From: Macrostomum lignano | Lineage: Eukaryota | Assembly (NCBI GenBank): GCA_002269645.1 | Contig: NIVC01000464.1 | Span: 62,001 to 126,000, forward strand | DNA: 64,000 nucleotides | Direction of reading: 5' to 3' | Shown: positions 25,370-37,748 of the stretch, one piece after another | How the letters are laid out: each line of letters opens with the position of its first letter | How positions within the stretch are numbered: position 1 is the first letter of the stretch | Translations under genes and position numbers: made by a program | The notes under the pieces: generated by a model | Database searches by the model: none | What the model saw: the letters and a program-made list of their open reading frames with translations, nothing else | Told to the model about the DNA's origin: nothing

Positions 25370-26220
25370 ATCAATCCCAAGGTCATTCTGCCACTCCTCT
25401 CAATCCCAAGGTCATTCTGCCACTCCTCTCAATCCCAAGGTCATTCCACCACTCCTCTCAATCCCAAGGTCATTTCACCACTCCTCTCAATCCCAAGGTC
25501 ATTCTGCCACTCCTCTCAATCCCAAGGTCATTCTGCCACTCCTCTCAATCCCAAGGTCATTCCGCCACTCCTATCAATCCCAAGGTCATTTCACCACTCC
25601 TCTCAATCCCAAGATCATTTCACCACTCCTCTCAATCCCAAGGTCATTCCGCCACTCCTCTCACCCAAGGTCATTCTGCCACTCCTCTCAATCCCAAGGT
25701 CATTCCGTCACTCCTCTCAATCCCAAGGTCATTCCGCCACTCCTCTCACCAAGGTCATTCCGTCACTCCTCTCAATCCCAAGGTCATTCCGTCACTCCTC
25801 TCAATCCCAAGGTCATTCCGCCACTCCTCTCACCCAAGGTCATTCCGTCACTCCTCTCAATCCCAAGGTCATTCCGCCACTCCTCTCAATCCCAAGGTCA
25901 TTCCGCCACTCCTCTCAATCCCAAGGTCATTCCGTCACTCCTCTCAATCCCAAGGTCATTCCGCCACTCCTCTCACCCAAGGTCATTCCGTCACTCCTCT
26001 CAATCCCAAAGTCATTCCGCCACTCCTCTCAATCCCAAGGTCATTCCGTCACTCCTCTCAATCCCAAGGTCATTCCACCACTCCTCTCACCCAAGGTTAT
26101 TTCGCCACTCCTCTCACCCAAGGTCATTCCGTCACTCCTCTCAATCCCAAGGTCATTCATTCCGCCACTCCTCTCAATCCCAAGGTCATTCCACCACTCC
26201 TCTCAATCCCAAGGTCATTT
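25370..26220. repeat. 29-bp minisatellite (tcccaaggtcattccgccactcctctcaa)n
   Basis: Tandem copies between the catenin and glucanase 3' ends. Confidence 0.95.
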
Positions 26221-27190
26221 AGTATCGGCTAACGCACTAAACTTCTGTTACCATATACTTGTGAAAAATTTGAGCAGTCTCCAATTGATATTGGGATACT
26301 ATATTAAAACGCATAATGCTTTTTTAACTCATGTTTCTGAGATATTGGCATTCTAATGCTGTTTTTGGCGTACTGCTTCTACCTGCTAATCAAAGCTTCC
26401 TGTTATTGTGTTATTTTTATTATAAAATGGAATTTTGCGAAAAAAAACTGTTTTCTTTACTATTAGATATTAAAGCGAAAGATTTATATCGATTTGTATG
26501 TTTTGTGATTGCGTACACAGGTTTTTTTGCGTGACGCTTGCGTTAACGCTCTATTGGAATTTTGTATCTTTTGTCAAATGCATGGCTGCGCAGTGTTTCA
26601 ATTTTTTGCTAACATAATTCATAATTATTATTATTTTTGGCATGTAAAAATCTTTAGTCGACCATGTCAGTAGTAGACTATACATTTTATGTAGAAAGAC
26701 TTTAGGCTAACCTCTAGCGTACTTTCCTGAAATCTAATTGGTTTCATTGTTCATTGTTTTTTCAAAATGAACAAATTTAAAATAAGCCGTTAAGCATGAA
26801 AATTCTTTAATAATAATTGGATTGCATCCTTATATATATATATACACTCTACATTAGCTTTGCTTGCACGGCAAACTGTGTGTGAAAAAGTTAATAAATT
26901 TTTCTGTTTTCATCGCTTTTTTTCTACAAATAAATGATTGTTGCTTCCTTTAATTAGTTTTTCACAATAAAAATATTGAATAAGCCAAAGAGAGCTACTA
27001 AGTAGTAGGCAGGTTAGCACAGTCACCACGTAAATTTATAGCTATCTATATATATTTATAGAAACATTATTAAGGCTTCATTAATTATTGTACAGTTATT
27101 CGCACATTGAAACATTTTTCTTGCTGCTGTCACATAATTAGATTAGCGTGTTGCTAGCTACTATTAGAAGTAGTTCGCATTAAACCGGTT

Positions 27191-28887
27191 TCAAACTCGC
27201 TGGTAGACCCGGATGTAATCCACCTGCATAGCCGTCTGGTCGTTGCCCACTCCGCCCCAGGTTCGCTCCCAGACGCCGCGTTTCTCCCAGAATTCGCGCA
27301 TCTGAGTTGGCGATCCCTTCGCCCACGGCTTGGCACCGTTGGCTCCGTTGCTGCAGCCGTCCGGGAAGAAGTCGCCACCGATGGCCACGTTCAGGATGAG
27401 ATGGAACGGCTGGTCGAATGGCGCCATCCGGTTGCCGCCGGCCCACAGGTTGTTGCCCTGGAAGTTGCCGAGCTTCCAGAAGCCGCCAGCGTCTGGCCGG
27501 ATCGCTCCGATGAACACGTCGTCAACCTTGTAGGCGATGTAGCTGTCTGACCACTCCAGCTCGTACTTGTGGAAGGACTCCGTGTAGGGGTTGGAATAGT
27601 CGTCCTTTGTCCAGGCGGTCAGATCCCAGCGGTTCTGACCCGGGTGAGGTCCCCAGTGCAAAGTGGATCCCATGTGCTTGTTGCCGATGTGCTTGTTGCC
27701 GCAGCTGAAATCGGTGTTGCCGCGAATCTCCACCAGGTCGATCTCGCCAGACATTGGCCAGCCGCCGTATTTCCAGTCTGTCGGCAGCATCCAGATGGCT
27801 GGCCACAGCCAGTCACCCTTGGGCATCTTGGCCGACACCTCCAGACGACCGTAGCGGAAGGAGAAAGACTGGGAGGTGTGCATCCTGGCTGACTGCATTG
27901 GATTCAGGATGTCCACGCCAGCGGAGATCATGCAGCCGCCGTCGATGTTCATATCGGGCTGGCAGCCCTGCTCCCAGAGGTTAAGACTGCCTGAAATGTG
28001 CGTTTTTTTAAAGCAAGCTCAGTTCCCTTATTTGGTTGTTTACACGTGTTCGTGGTGCGGCATGTTCTAACCGCCAAGGTCTTCTATAGGTTTTTCTGGT
28101 CAAGTAGACTGGTATCATGACCGATACATGACATGATGACTGATCCGCACCCTTGTGTTCGTTATACCTGTGCAGAAAAGATTTATACATGGAAACGAAC
28201 GACTCTGCTACTTAAAATGCTCTTGACTTGGTCTTTTGGTTTTGGATGCAGGAGTAGGTTACGCAACGGTCTCAGCACTGTACAAGCTGTATGCTCGTAC
28301 GCAGGGGCTTGATAGTCTCATACACTTGGCTACCTTGCTGGATCAGTGGATTAACCAAAAAGAGAAGCCTTCTCACCTCTATAAAGAAAGTCGTTGCCGT
28401 ACTCGCTAGCCGTGGACGATGGCTTGATGTAGAGCTTGCCATTTCGTACGTAGCTATTCTTGCGACTGTTTCTGTAGTACTGGAACTCGTGGTTACCGCC
28501 GCGCCAGCCGGTGACGAGGTGCTGCCAACGGCGCTCGTCTAGAGTGTTGAAGTCCTCCTGAAAGATGAGCTTCTCGTTGACGGCACAATTGGCCGGGCCG
28601 GCGATCCGGTAGCGATTGTTCTCCGGCTTGCTGTTGCCGCTCTTTAGCCAGCAGGTGAGGCGGCACTGCGGACAGTTCTGGTCAGTTGGCGGCGACCAGG
28701 AGAAGAACCTGCAGCCGGGCCTGAGCTGGCAGTGTCGCTGACAGGCCTCGGCCGAGGCCACTCCAGTGATGGTGCCGGAGTTCAAGTCGTCGCCGGTGTA
28801 GTCGAGTCCGTACTCGAGACAGACCCGATGGCCTTCGGCAGCTCCGAAGGCGACTAGAGCTAGAATAGCTAGGATGCGAGCTGGCAT
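27191..28887 (-). CDS. Secreted PAN/apple-domain + GH16 beta-1,3-glucanase (laminarinase/LGBP family), 436 aa
   Basis: Exon 1 is 28887-28377 (ATG, signal peptide MPARILAILALVAFGAAEG, 8-Cys apple domain, start of GH16: GWRGGNHEFQYY). Phase-1 GT-AG intron 28376-27991. Exon 2 is 27990-27191 with FRYGRLEVSAKMPKGDWLWPAIWMLP, the catalytic motif WPMSGEIDLVE (E-I-D-x-x-E intact), MAPFDQPFHLILNVAIGG and VDYIRVYQ. Confidence 0.95.
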
Positions 28888-28939
28888 GGTTCTGCTGTTG
28901 CTGCCGAATACAGCAGTCCGTGCCGGATTGTGGCTTACC

Positions 28940-28945
28940 TTTATA
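28940..28945 (-). promoter_or_regulatory. TATA box of the PAN-GH16 gene
   Basis: TATAAA on the minus strand, 53 nt upstream of the ATG. Confidence 0.55.
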
Positions 28946-29551
28946 CCTTTTCTCAGGGTCGGCAGGTGGGGTTGGAGGGCAAAGTTTGAGTAAGACGTTG
29001 CTCCGACGCAATTGATAAGCAGGTGGTTCTCGCAGGTTGTTTTTTCCCAGGTGTCAGGGCGGACGGTTTTTGGTAATAATCTCACGTTGTAAAATAAATA
29101 CTGCATTGCATTGCATGCATGCCCTGATTTGCCAATCGCCCAGCTATGGGGCCACTCGGTTCGGTTAGCAAGCACCTGAAGTGAGTACTCTGCCATTGCT
29201 TAGCGGTGTTTTCCTTTGTTCAGTCCTAGATTAGCTTGGGAAAATTTTTGTATCGGAGGGGTGTGCTGCAAGGGCAGTCTTATCTGTGCCGTTTGAAATA
29301 TGGCCTGCTATTGCGTTTTCCAGAAAATATCTTTTAAAAATGGGCGTGTATTACTGGGTGTGTATTGCGACTGGGCGTGTACTACTGCACTTTTTCTACA
29401 ACCTTAACCGAGATTTGTTAACGAAAAAACCCAGAAAATCTTTGAAGAGAAATCACGCGATCCAGTCTTGTTTGCGAATTTCTGTAAAATTTTAGTGCAG
29501 AAGCATCTCATTCGTTTAATCTTAGGTAAAAAGCTCTGCAATTAGTTAGTT

Positions 29552-30190
<639 letters not shown>

Positions 30191-30232
30191 CTAGTCATTA
30201 TAATGACCTCGAATTTTTCTATCACCCGTCAG

Positions 30233-32145
30233 ATCGGTAATTCGCCGCTGCAAACTCGGCGAAAGCGACTTCGCACTGGTGGAAGGCGAACGGCTTGTCA
30301 CTTCTGTGGCCAAACTGAGCAAGTCGCCGCCCAGCTACCTGCTGTCCACCTGTCCCCACCTGCTCGCCCGTCTGCGCGATCGCTGCCGGGCCGGTCACCG
30401 AGGCCAAATCGGCGACTGCGTCCTCGTCACCGACCGCTTGATGTCTCAGCTAGCCGACGCTGCCACTCCGCAGGCCTGCCTAGCCGTGTTCCCCAAGCCC
30501 GACCCGACCAAGGCTGCCGAGATTCGACAGCGTCGACTCGACGCGGTGACCTCCGGAGGACTTCGACTCGACTATTCGGTGCTGTGCTGGCGAGTGTCCG
30601 ATCCGGCTAATGTTGGCGGCATCGCTAGGCTCAGCTGGTGCTTGGGGGCCAGGTGAGACTTGGGTAGAGTTGGCGCTTTTTTTCTTAGAATTGGCGCTTT
30701 TTTGTTTCTTAGAATAGGTCACATTTGTGTTTCTAAGAATTAGCGCCTTTGTGTTTCTTAAAATTAGCACTTGTGTTTCTTAGAATTTGCACCTTTGTGT
30801 TTCTGAGAATTGGCACCTTTGTGTTTCATAAAATTTGTACCTTGGTGTTTCTTAGGATTGACATTTCTGTGTTTCTAAGAATTGGCGCGTTTTGTGTTTC
30901 CTAAAATTGGCATTTTTTCTTTCTTAGAATGGTCACCTTTGTGTTTCTTGGAATAGAAAATAGCACCTTGACTTTATCAGACACTGCACCTTTTCTGTAT
31001 TAGAAATTTCACCTTGCCATACCATAGAATTTACTCGTAAATACTTTTCAGACCATGTCGGCCGAAATTTGGTAAACTTGCCTTGGCCGCGTCTTGCCCT
31101 AGTCTATGGGCCATAGACTGCAAAAGCCAAACAAAGCAGATGATATAGCATAGAGTTAGGACCATGGATAAATAATTCTATGGATTTAGAATAGAAATAT
31201 TAGGGTCGTGGTGCCAAAGCCCCTACATTCTTCACCATAGGCAAGTTTCATCATCAAGGAGATCATTGCTCGATTCATTGATTCCTTGGCTCCTCAGCTT
31301 AAACACAATATGATTTGATTTGCCTAACTATACAACTGCCGGTCCTTAGATCCCTCGGCAGGTTTTTTCGAAAAAATGCACTACGGAGCTCGGAAGTTTT
31401 CATTTTTCATGGAGAATGATAACAGCATATCAAAAGATGAACACAGGGTCTGCCTCCTATCGAAAGCAATAACAATTTTTATGCTGAAAGATAAAAACTT
31501 CCTATCTCCGTAGTGTATTTTTCGGAAAGACCTGCCTCCTAAAATATTCTAAGAAACGAGGTTTTTCCGTCTTTCTACTTGAGTAGTCTTTGTATCACAT
31601 ATTTGTACCAACACGTGGATACAGTTTCGCTAACCTGCACACGCCGCAGGCGCCTCCTGATGACCCCGGGCAGCGCCAATCCATGGCTGCCCAAAGCCAT
31701 CCGCGCCGGCGCTGGCGCCCATTTCGACCTGCCAATCGTGTCGAACTGCGCAGAGTTCTCCGACGCCTCGCAGCTGTTGTCGGCATTCAGCCGGATTCTG
31801 GTCGCGTGCTCGGCCAGACCCAAGGACTCGCTGTTGCTGACCGGGAGCCGTGAGCTTGCCGATACGCTCCGACAGGATGCCGGCTCGTCCATCTGCCTGT
31901 TGCTTGGCTCAGAAGCCAACGGGCTGCCCGACGAGCTGATGAAGAGTCTAAATGAGGCTGCACCCGAACGGGTCACAATGCTGCACGTGCCAATGTCCGA
32001 TTACAGGCAGACTGCCTCGCTGAATGTGGCTGCCGCTGCTGGCATTGTGCTGCACAGGCTGTATAGTCTGGCTGCCGGTGGCGACCTGCTGGACCCTGTT
32101 GCTGATGCTGCAGCTGACAGACTGAGCAGTGCTGGAGGTCGCTAG
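30233..32145 (+). CDS. SpoU/TrmH-family RNA 2'-O-methyltransferase (MRM3/RNMTL1-like), 5' end unresolved
   Basis: Exon 30233-30652 (ALVEGERLV...ATPQACLAVFPKPD...SDPANVGGIARL) is spliced in phase 2 to 31650-32145 (RLLMTPGSANPWLPKAIRAGAGAHF...LLLGSEANGL...ASLNVAAAAGIVL). These are the three SPOUT motifs. Branch point ctaac at 31630-31634. Confidence 0.9.
30660..30960. repeat. ~24-bp intronic minisatellite (agaattggcacctttgtgtttctt)n
   Basis: Degenerate tandem copies right after the donor site. Confidence 0.85.
31400..31560 (+). repeat. Unclassified dispersed repeat (second copy at about 38330-38480)
   Basis: Shared catatcaaaa(a)gatgaacac...tctgcctcctatc.aaagcaataacaattttt.tgctgaaa...cctatctc.gtagtgtatttttcgg. 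Confidence 0.75.
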
Positions 32146-32149
32146 CTGT

Positions 32150-32700
32150 CGGTCCTTAGATCCCCCCAATGCTGGTCCTTAGATCCCCCAAATGCCGGTC
32201 CTTAGATTACAACTGCCGGTCCTCAGATCCCCAAAATGCCGGTCCTTAGATCCCAACTGCCGGTCCAAATGCCGGTCCTTAGATCCCTTGAATGCCGGTA
32301 CTTAGATCCCCTAACTACTGGTCCTTAGATCCCCTAACTGCTGGTCCTTAGATCCCCCAAATGCTGGTCCTTAGATTCCCTAACTGCTGGTCCTTAGATC
32401 CCCCAACTGCTGGTCCTTAGATCCCCCAAATGCTGGTCCTTAGATCCCCAACTGCTGGTCCTTAGATTCCCCAACTGCTGGTCCTTAGATCCCCCAAATG
32501 CTGGTCCTTAGATCCCCCAACTGCTGGTCCTTAGATCCCCCAAATGCTGGTCCTTATATCCCCCAACTGCTGGTCCTTAGATTCCCCAACTGCTGGTCCT
32601 TAGATTCCCCAACTGCTGGTCCTTAGATCCCCTAACTGCCAGTCCTTAGATCCCAACTCCCGGTCCTCAGATCCCCCAAATGCCGGTCCTTAGATCCCCC
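32150..32700. repeat. 22-24-bp minisatellite (tgctggtccttagatcccccaac)n
   Basis: Starts immediately after the SPOUT stop codon. A solitary unit occurs at about 31336-31354. Confidence 0.95.
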
Positions 32701-32970
32701 AAATGTAAACATCACTGAGCATTTATGCAACTATGAGTAGTTCGCATTTATTTGTTCTCAAATAACCATGGTTAAGACTCATCCAATAATGTTACAGTGT
32801 TCTCAAATAAATTTGAAAATGCCAGCTGTAGAAATTCTGTTTCTGTTGATAGCAGGATCTATTATTTTGGTTCAAAAAACTCATATTTTCCAAGACCTTT
32901 TTTTATTAGTTACTAATAGTAAAAATGCACCAAACTCTCCAGTCTCTTGAGCAGTGCTTAAACCGTGCTC

Positions 32971-34379
32971 ATGGGGGGGAGAGCTGCTCAGCAACAAAAA
33001 CGTCTGACTCTCTCGCAACACGAAGACCCTTGGTTTGATTCCATGGTGTGCACAAAAATTGGCCTGAGGGTTGTCTTGCGATTCACAGACCATGAGACCC
33101 AGACCCCCCAAGGCCTCTTGCAAATTATGATTATCAATTCCGCTCCCATATTTTGCAGGCGGAGAATCTCATCAACCTGGAGTTCCTCAGACCAGGCCGG
33201 CAGGCTATTCGACTGAAAATTCCCAGTGATCCCCTCAACCAGCTGGGTGCCCGGCTGTGGCCGAGCTCTCTGAAACTGAGCTGCCTGTTGATGCGGCAGC
33301 TGCAGCCTCATCAGGATGAGCAGCTGGGCACCTGTCTTGAGCTTGGCTGCGGTTGTGGCCTGGCTGGCGCCATGGCGCTGGCGCTTGGCGCCCGCCGTGT
33401 CACATTTACGGACTCGTCGCCGAAAGTGCTCAACAGGTGCGCTAAGCAGTGCCGTCTAAATGGATTCTCAATGAGTGCAGCTTCCAGTAGCTTTGCTGAG
33501 CCCGACTTGAAGAGATTCAAGGTAAGGAGCGTTAGAGAAGTTGATTGTTGCTTTCACAAGCTCGAAATTTAAAGCTGGTGACTGAAATTTAAGTTTAGAG
33601 TTTGTGAATCTTCGAGTTTGTGAATCTTCGAGTTCGTGAAGCTTCGAGTTCGTAAAGCTTCTTTTTGTATATTTTCGAGTTTGTAAAACGTCAAGTTTGT
33701 GAAGCTTCGAGTGTGTGAATCCTCTAGTTTGTGAATCCTCTAGTTTGTGAATCCTCCAGTTTGTGAAGCTTCGAGTTTGTGAATCCTGATCGAGTTTGTG
33801 AATCCTCTAGTTTGTGAATCCTCTAGTTTGTGAATCCTCTAGTTTGTGAATCCTCCAGTTTGTGAAGCTTCGAGTTTGTGAATCCTGATCGAGTTTGTGA
33901 ATCTTCCAGTTTGCTTATATAAAGTCGAACCTACGAGACTCCCCCCTTCATTGGAGCGACAGGCTTCCGTTGGCGAGTTTGACTGTCGCCAGCTCTGCTG
34001 GGGCAGCCTCGACCAGCTGCTGCAGGGCCTGGCAGACGGCTGGCTCGCCCAACCGCTGGACCTGATCCTCGCGTCCGACTGCCTGTACGATCCAGCTGTG
34101 TTCGACTCGTTCTTCGCCACTCTGTCCGGCCTGTTCCGACTGGCCAGTCCGGTTCGTCTGGGCTGTCTGATGTCCGCGCACAACAGGAATCCGGATTGGG
34201 GATTTGCGAGACTGCTGGCTCGGTATGGGCTTAGGGCGACGCCGCTGATTCTTGACGATGCAGACTCTGTCGAGGCCTGCATCTCTGCGGACTGTTTGGC
34301 CTCGTTGCCAGCTGACTTTGCCAGCTGCCTGCTGGAAGATGAAACTGTGCAGCTGTTCAGAGTGACGCCCGAGCTTTAG
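32971..34379 (+). CDS. Seven-beta-strand protein methyltransferase, Methyltransf_16 family (METTL23-like)
   Basis: Exons 32971-33045 (tentative first exon), 33159-33521 and 33963-34379, all phase 0. Motifs GARLWPSS, LELGCGCGLAG (motif I), VTFTD, LCWG, LILASDCLYD (DxxY) and RNPDWGF (cf. RSADWSL recalled for METTL23). Confidence 0.88.
33590..33910. repeat. 16-bp intronic minisatellite (gagtttgtgaatcctc)n
   Basis: Tandem copies. Related to the array at 22238-22900. Confidence 0.85.
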
Positions 34380-34648
34380 GCGAATCGTGTGGGGTTTTGC
34401 GAGGCCAATCGTATTTGCATTTCAACTCAAATTCAAGGAAAGTGAAGAAGTTCAGTTTCTGTCTTCAGAGCACAAGAAACTGTATTCTGGCGCATTGCCT
34501 GTCTTTATTAATAATTTTTTATTAAGATTTACTGTTTTAAACTGGTAAATTCCAATTCTCCAATTGTACTGCCTTAATTCTTTAAACGCCACGATATAAT
34601 AAGCTTTTGTGATTGACGCACCGAGTCGTCAGCAGCGTAATGGAATTC

Positions 34649-35110
34649 CATTGTCGATTGACCCTTTTATGTAGATAAGAAATTTGTACAACCAGACCGT
34701 AAATTAGGCTAAGCTTGTGGTTCTCATCTTAATTCAATTTCACATTGCGGGGTCAAGGGGCGGAGAACCCTCTCTATTCTTCTATCAGCCTGTATCAGTT
34801 AGACTCTCTTTTATAGCTTCCTTATTATCTAACCTGTTTGCGCCCTTAGTTTACTTAATTGCACGATTAAGTTGTAGATTAAATTCTTATCTTTTCTCAT
34901 CTCTCGAATCTAAGTTAACCATGTTTATTATCGGCAAGTCTTGCGTTGCCCATTTATCAATCTCAATTATCTCAACAAGCCCCCACACACCGCAAAAGGG
35001 CCTCTCCGCCCCCTAATTGACCCGAAAAGATGAGAACCATAAAAGCTTATCCAAATTTACGGTATGGTTGTACAAATTTATTATCTACATAAAAGGGTCA
35101 ATCAACAATG
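34649..35110. mobile_element. Foldback/MITE-like element with ~82-bp imperfect terminal inverted repeats
   Basis: cattgtcgattgacccttttatgtagataa...ggttctcatctt at the left end matches the reverse complement of 35027-35110 (about 6 substitutions plus a 2-nt indel). No TSD recognised. Confidence 0.8.
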
Positions 35111-35210
35111 TTATAATAATATAGCAACATTTACGAGCTACTTATGATTACATTCGCGTCAAATACTAGTGTTGAGTAATGACTAAAGGCTTGCACGCTT
35201 GTGTATAGTA

Positions 35211-36564
35211 TATAGCATTTCCCGGTCAATAGCGCGGTACATATAGTCAGTTTCTAGATTCCTACAATCGGGTTCGCAGAAATTTTCTGTCCATCATCAG
35301 TCGTGAAAAAAAGTGCAAACAGTTTCGCACATTTGTCAGCACTATCGATTTATCATATTTCGATTTCTCCTCGTCCACTTAAAACTAATTTAGCTTCACA
35401 TCGTATCAATACAGTGCAGTCAATATCGTGTTCAGCAATCTTGTTCGCACATGTGGAAATCATTATCGAGTCTAGCAATCAGTTTAGTTATTATGATGCA
35501 ATTCATACCTTTAAAACTCAACGACTACTAGTGCTGGCATGCTGTTCTCAAAATTGGGTTGCATTCAATGGACTTGGCGCTTTCTGTGATCTATTTAACT
35601 CGCACCTCAAAATCGCTGTGTTACTCCATCTATAGTCACCCAGCTGCTTTATTTTGCACTGAAAATTTACTCCTGAGATTCAATATGGCTGAGCAAGTCC
35701 GTAGAAAACGAACGACAAATACTGATCGGCAATGACTGGTTGATGCCTTTGAAGCTGGCGACGCGACTGGAAGGCGCTGGCTAACATCCTAAACATCAAG
35801 AATTCCACTGCGAGATCGATCATCGCTACCTGGGTTCGAGAAGTGGAAAAAGGCATGTAAAGATGGACGCCGAAATGAAAGACCCAGTCTCCCAAATCGT
35901 CACCGTGAAGCCATTCGTAACTCTCGTTTGAAGTCAAGGAGCTTCTACAGCAGAGAATGCCCGGAAAGCCGCCTGTGTCTATCCTTACCATTGCCAGAGT
36001 GCTGGAAGGACAGCTCCTCACCTGAAAAGTTGCAGGCAAGGATGCCAAACCTGCCGTGGCGCGTCAAATAGCTGATGCTGAAAATAATCGCCGGAATGAA
36101 GGATTCAGCCTCTGCGACTATAGCTTCTAATACAAGGTATAGGTATTGTATTGTATTAGAATTGTATTGTATTACAATAGAAAGGATTCTAATAGAAGTA
36201 GGCGAAACTGCTTTTTAGACACCATCACCATTCAGAAGTGTCAAAACTGGTGCGGCCGTCTGCACCGCTTCATGCCCGACTCGCTGACAGAGTGACAGGC
36301 AGGCCGATCGTCAACGGATAATTAATAATTCATTGAACTTTTCCTGATATTGTTGGTGTGATTTTACGTTGTGTTATCCAGAAAGTTGAAATTTATGAAA
36401 ATAAATTGAAAATGATGAAGGAACATGGCTCCTTCATCATTTTATATGCTAGACTCGATCATTCTGCTCGACTCGATAGACTCGACAGAAAAATTCTGCG
36501 AACCATGATTGTAGGAATCTGAAACTGACTATATGTACCGCGCTATTGACCGGGAAATGCTATA
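35211..36564 (+). mobile_element. Internally deleted IS630-Tc1-mariner DNA transposon
   Basis: ~85-bp TIRs (tatagcatttcccggtcaatagcgcggtacatatagtcagtttc...) and TA at both flanks (35209-35210, 36565-36566). Confidence 0.88.
35685..36110 (+). pseudogene. Transposase N-terminal (HTH) remnant with stops and frameshifts; no DDE domain
   Basis: Pieces in shifting frames: MAEQVRRKRTTNTDRQ*LVDAFEAGD / DWKALANILNIKNSTARSIIATW / KMDAEMKDPVSQIV / EVKELLQQRMPGKPPVSILTIARVLEGQLLT*K. These resemble the two HTH blocks of IS630/Tc1 transposases. Confidence 0.75.
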
Positions 36565-36842
36565 TAAACCCTGGCCTACCCCTGTAACAAAGCGTGTCAC
36601 TGTTAATAATCGCCTGTTCATATTTTATATGACGTCATTCTTTCTTAATTCATTTATGGATTAGGACTTTTAATGTTTCATTAGCGCAAAGTTTCGGCTA
36701 CTTTGATTGAACCATATGATGATGATCCAACGTGCAAGACAGAGACGCGGCACGCTAACACTTGACTTTATAGTTGATATCGCGTGCAACTGCGTGCAAC
36801 GTGCAACTCCGTGCAACTGCGTGTATTTATACACTATTAGTG

Positions 36843-36850
36843 TATAAATA
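36843..36850 (+). promoter_or_regulatory. TATA box of triple-PAN gene 1
   Basis: TATAAATA 59 nt upstream of the ATG at 36909. Confidence 0.65.
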
Positions 36851-36908
36851 CGGCCTTCAAATTGCCCTTCAAGCCAATAACTCCTTAACTCAATCAAGCC
36901 TACTCAAG

Positions 36909-37748
36909 ATGAACAACAGCTCAACTCAAAGCAAGCGTCGGTCGTTGAGGTTTCTCCTACCGAAATCGGTAGCAGTGCTCTTGGCCGCTCTGTCCCTGCT
37001 CAGCCCATTCGCTTCGGCCTCTTCCTGCAGGGTCGCTGATGTCGAGTTCAAAGGCGAGGAGTTGCCTTTCGGAAGACTGATGGCTGGCAGTGCTGCGGAG
37101 TGCCAGCTCAAATGCCGGTCAATCAGCCGCTGCAAGTTCTACACTTTTACACCTGACAAAGAGCGGTCGAGTTGGAGTTTGTGCTCGATCAGGTCCGGCG
37201 ACTACACGGCTACTTACAAGAAGAATTCGATCTCGGGACTACCGAATTGTCCTGGCACCTGCATTGAGGCTGGCGTGGACTACTACGGCTCTGACCTGCC
37301 GGACGGTCTCGTGAAGGACGTGCCCAGTTCTGACGTCTGCCAGAAGCTGTGCCAGCAGCGGATCGACTGCGAATTCTTTGCTTACGCCACACAAAGCGAC
37401 TCGAACTGCCGGCGCTGCTACCGCAACTGCTGGCTGAAGTCTGGCGGCTACAGCCGCACTGAGAACAGAAACCGGATCTCTGGACCAGCCCGCTGCAAGG
37501 ACTGCATTGAGACTGGCGTGGACTACTACGGCTCTGACTTGCCCGACGGTCTCGTGAAGGACATCGCCAGCGCCAAGGACTGCCAGTCGCTGTGCGCCAA
37601 TCGCAAGGACTGCCAGTTCTTCACCTGGGCTCCCGACAATGACAAGGGGTGCCAAACCTGCAGGGGCAACTGCTGGCTGAAGTCTGGCAACTACCGACGG
37701 GTCGTCAATTCCAACAGAGTCTCCGGGCCCGCCGTTTGCAACTTTTGA
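36909..37748 (+). CDS. Secreted triple PAN/apple-domain protein, copy 1 (279 aa, intronless)
   Basis: Basic/hydrophobic leader (…RSLRFLLPKSVAVLLAALSLLSPFASA), then three apple domains (C..DY.G.DL...C...C....C..F.....CWLKS...SGP..C; 6, 8 and 8 Cys). AATAAA at 37831-37836. The ORF-track start at 36774 lies upstream of the TATA box. Confidence 0.9.
   Translation: MNNSSTQSKRRSLRFLLPKSVAVLLAALSLLSPFASASSCRVADVEFKGEELPFGRLMAGSAAECQLKCRSISRCKFYTFTPDKERSSWSLCSIRSGDYTATYKKNSISGLPNCPGTCIEAGVDYYGSDLPDGLVKDVPSSDVCQKLCQQRIDCEFFAYATQSDSNCRRCYRNCWLKSGGYSRTENRNRISGPARCKDCIETGVDYYGSDLPDGLVKDIASAKDCQSLCANRKDCQFFTWAPDNDKGCQTCRGNCWLKSGNYRRVVNSNRVSGPAVCNF

Noticed and set aside
17261-26222. ORFs over the intronic and intergenic arrays (17261, 19165-19946, 22213, 25356)
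   Set aside because: Periodic low-complexity peptides from minisatellites. The catenin exon chain is in phase without them.
28888-29196. 103-aa N-terminal extension of the GH16 ORF
   Set aside because: It spans the TATA box, and the signal peptide begins at Met 28887.
35680-36048. 122-aa minus-strand ORF in the Tc1-like element
   Set aside because: Antisense shadow of the broken transposase on the plus strand.
36774-36908. Longer starts for the triple-PAN ORFs (36774 and 52669)
   Set aside because: 36774 lies upstream of the TATA box and 52669 only 7 nt after it (both non-ATG starts). ATGs at 36909 and 52720 give normal signal peptides.
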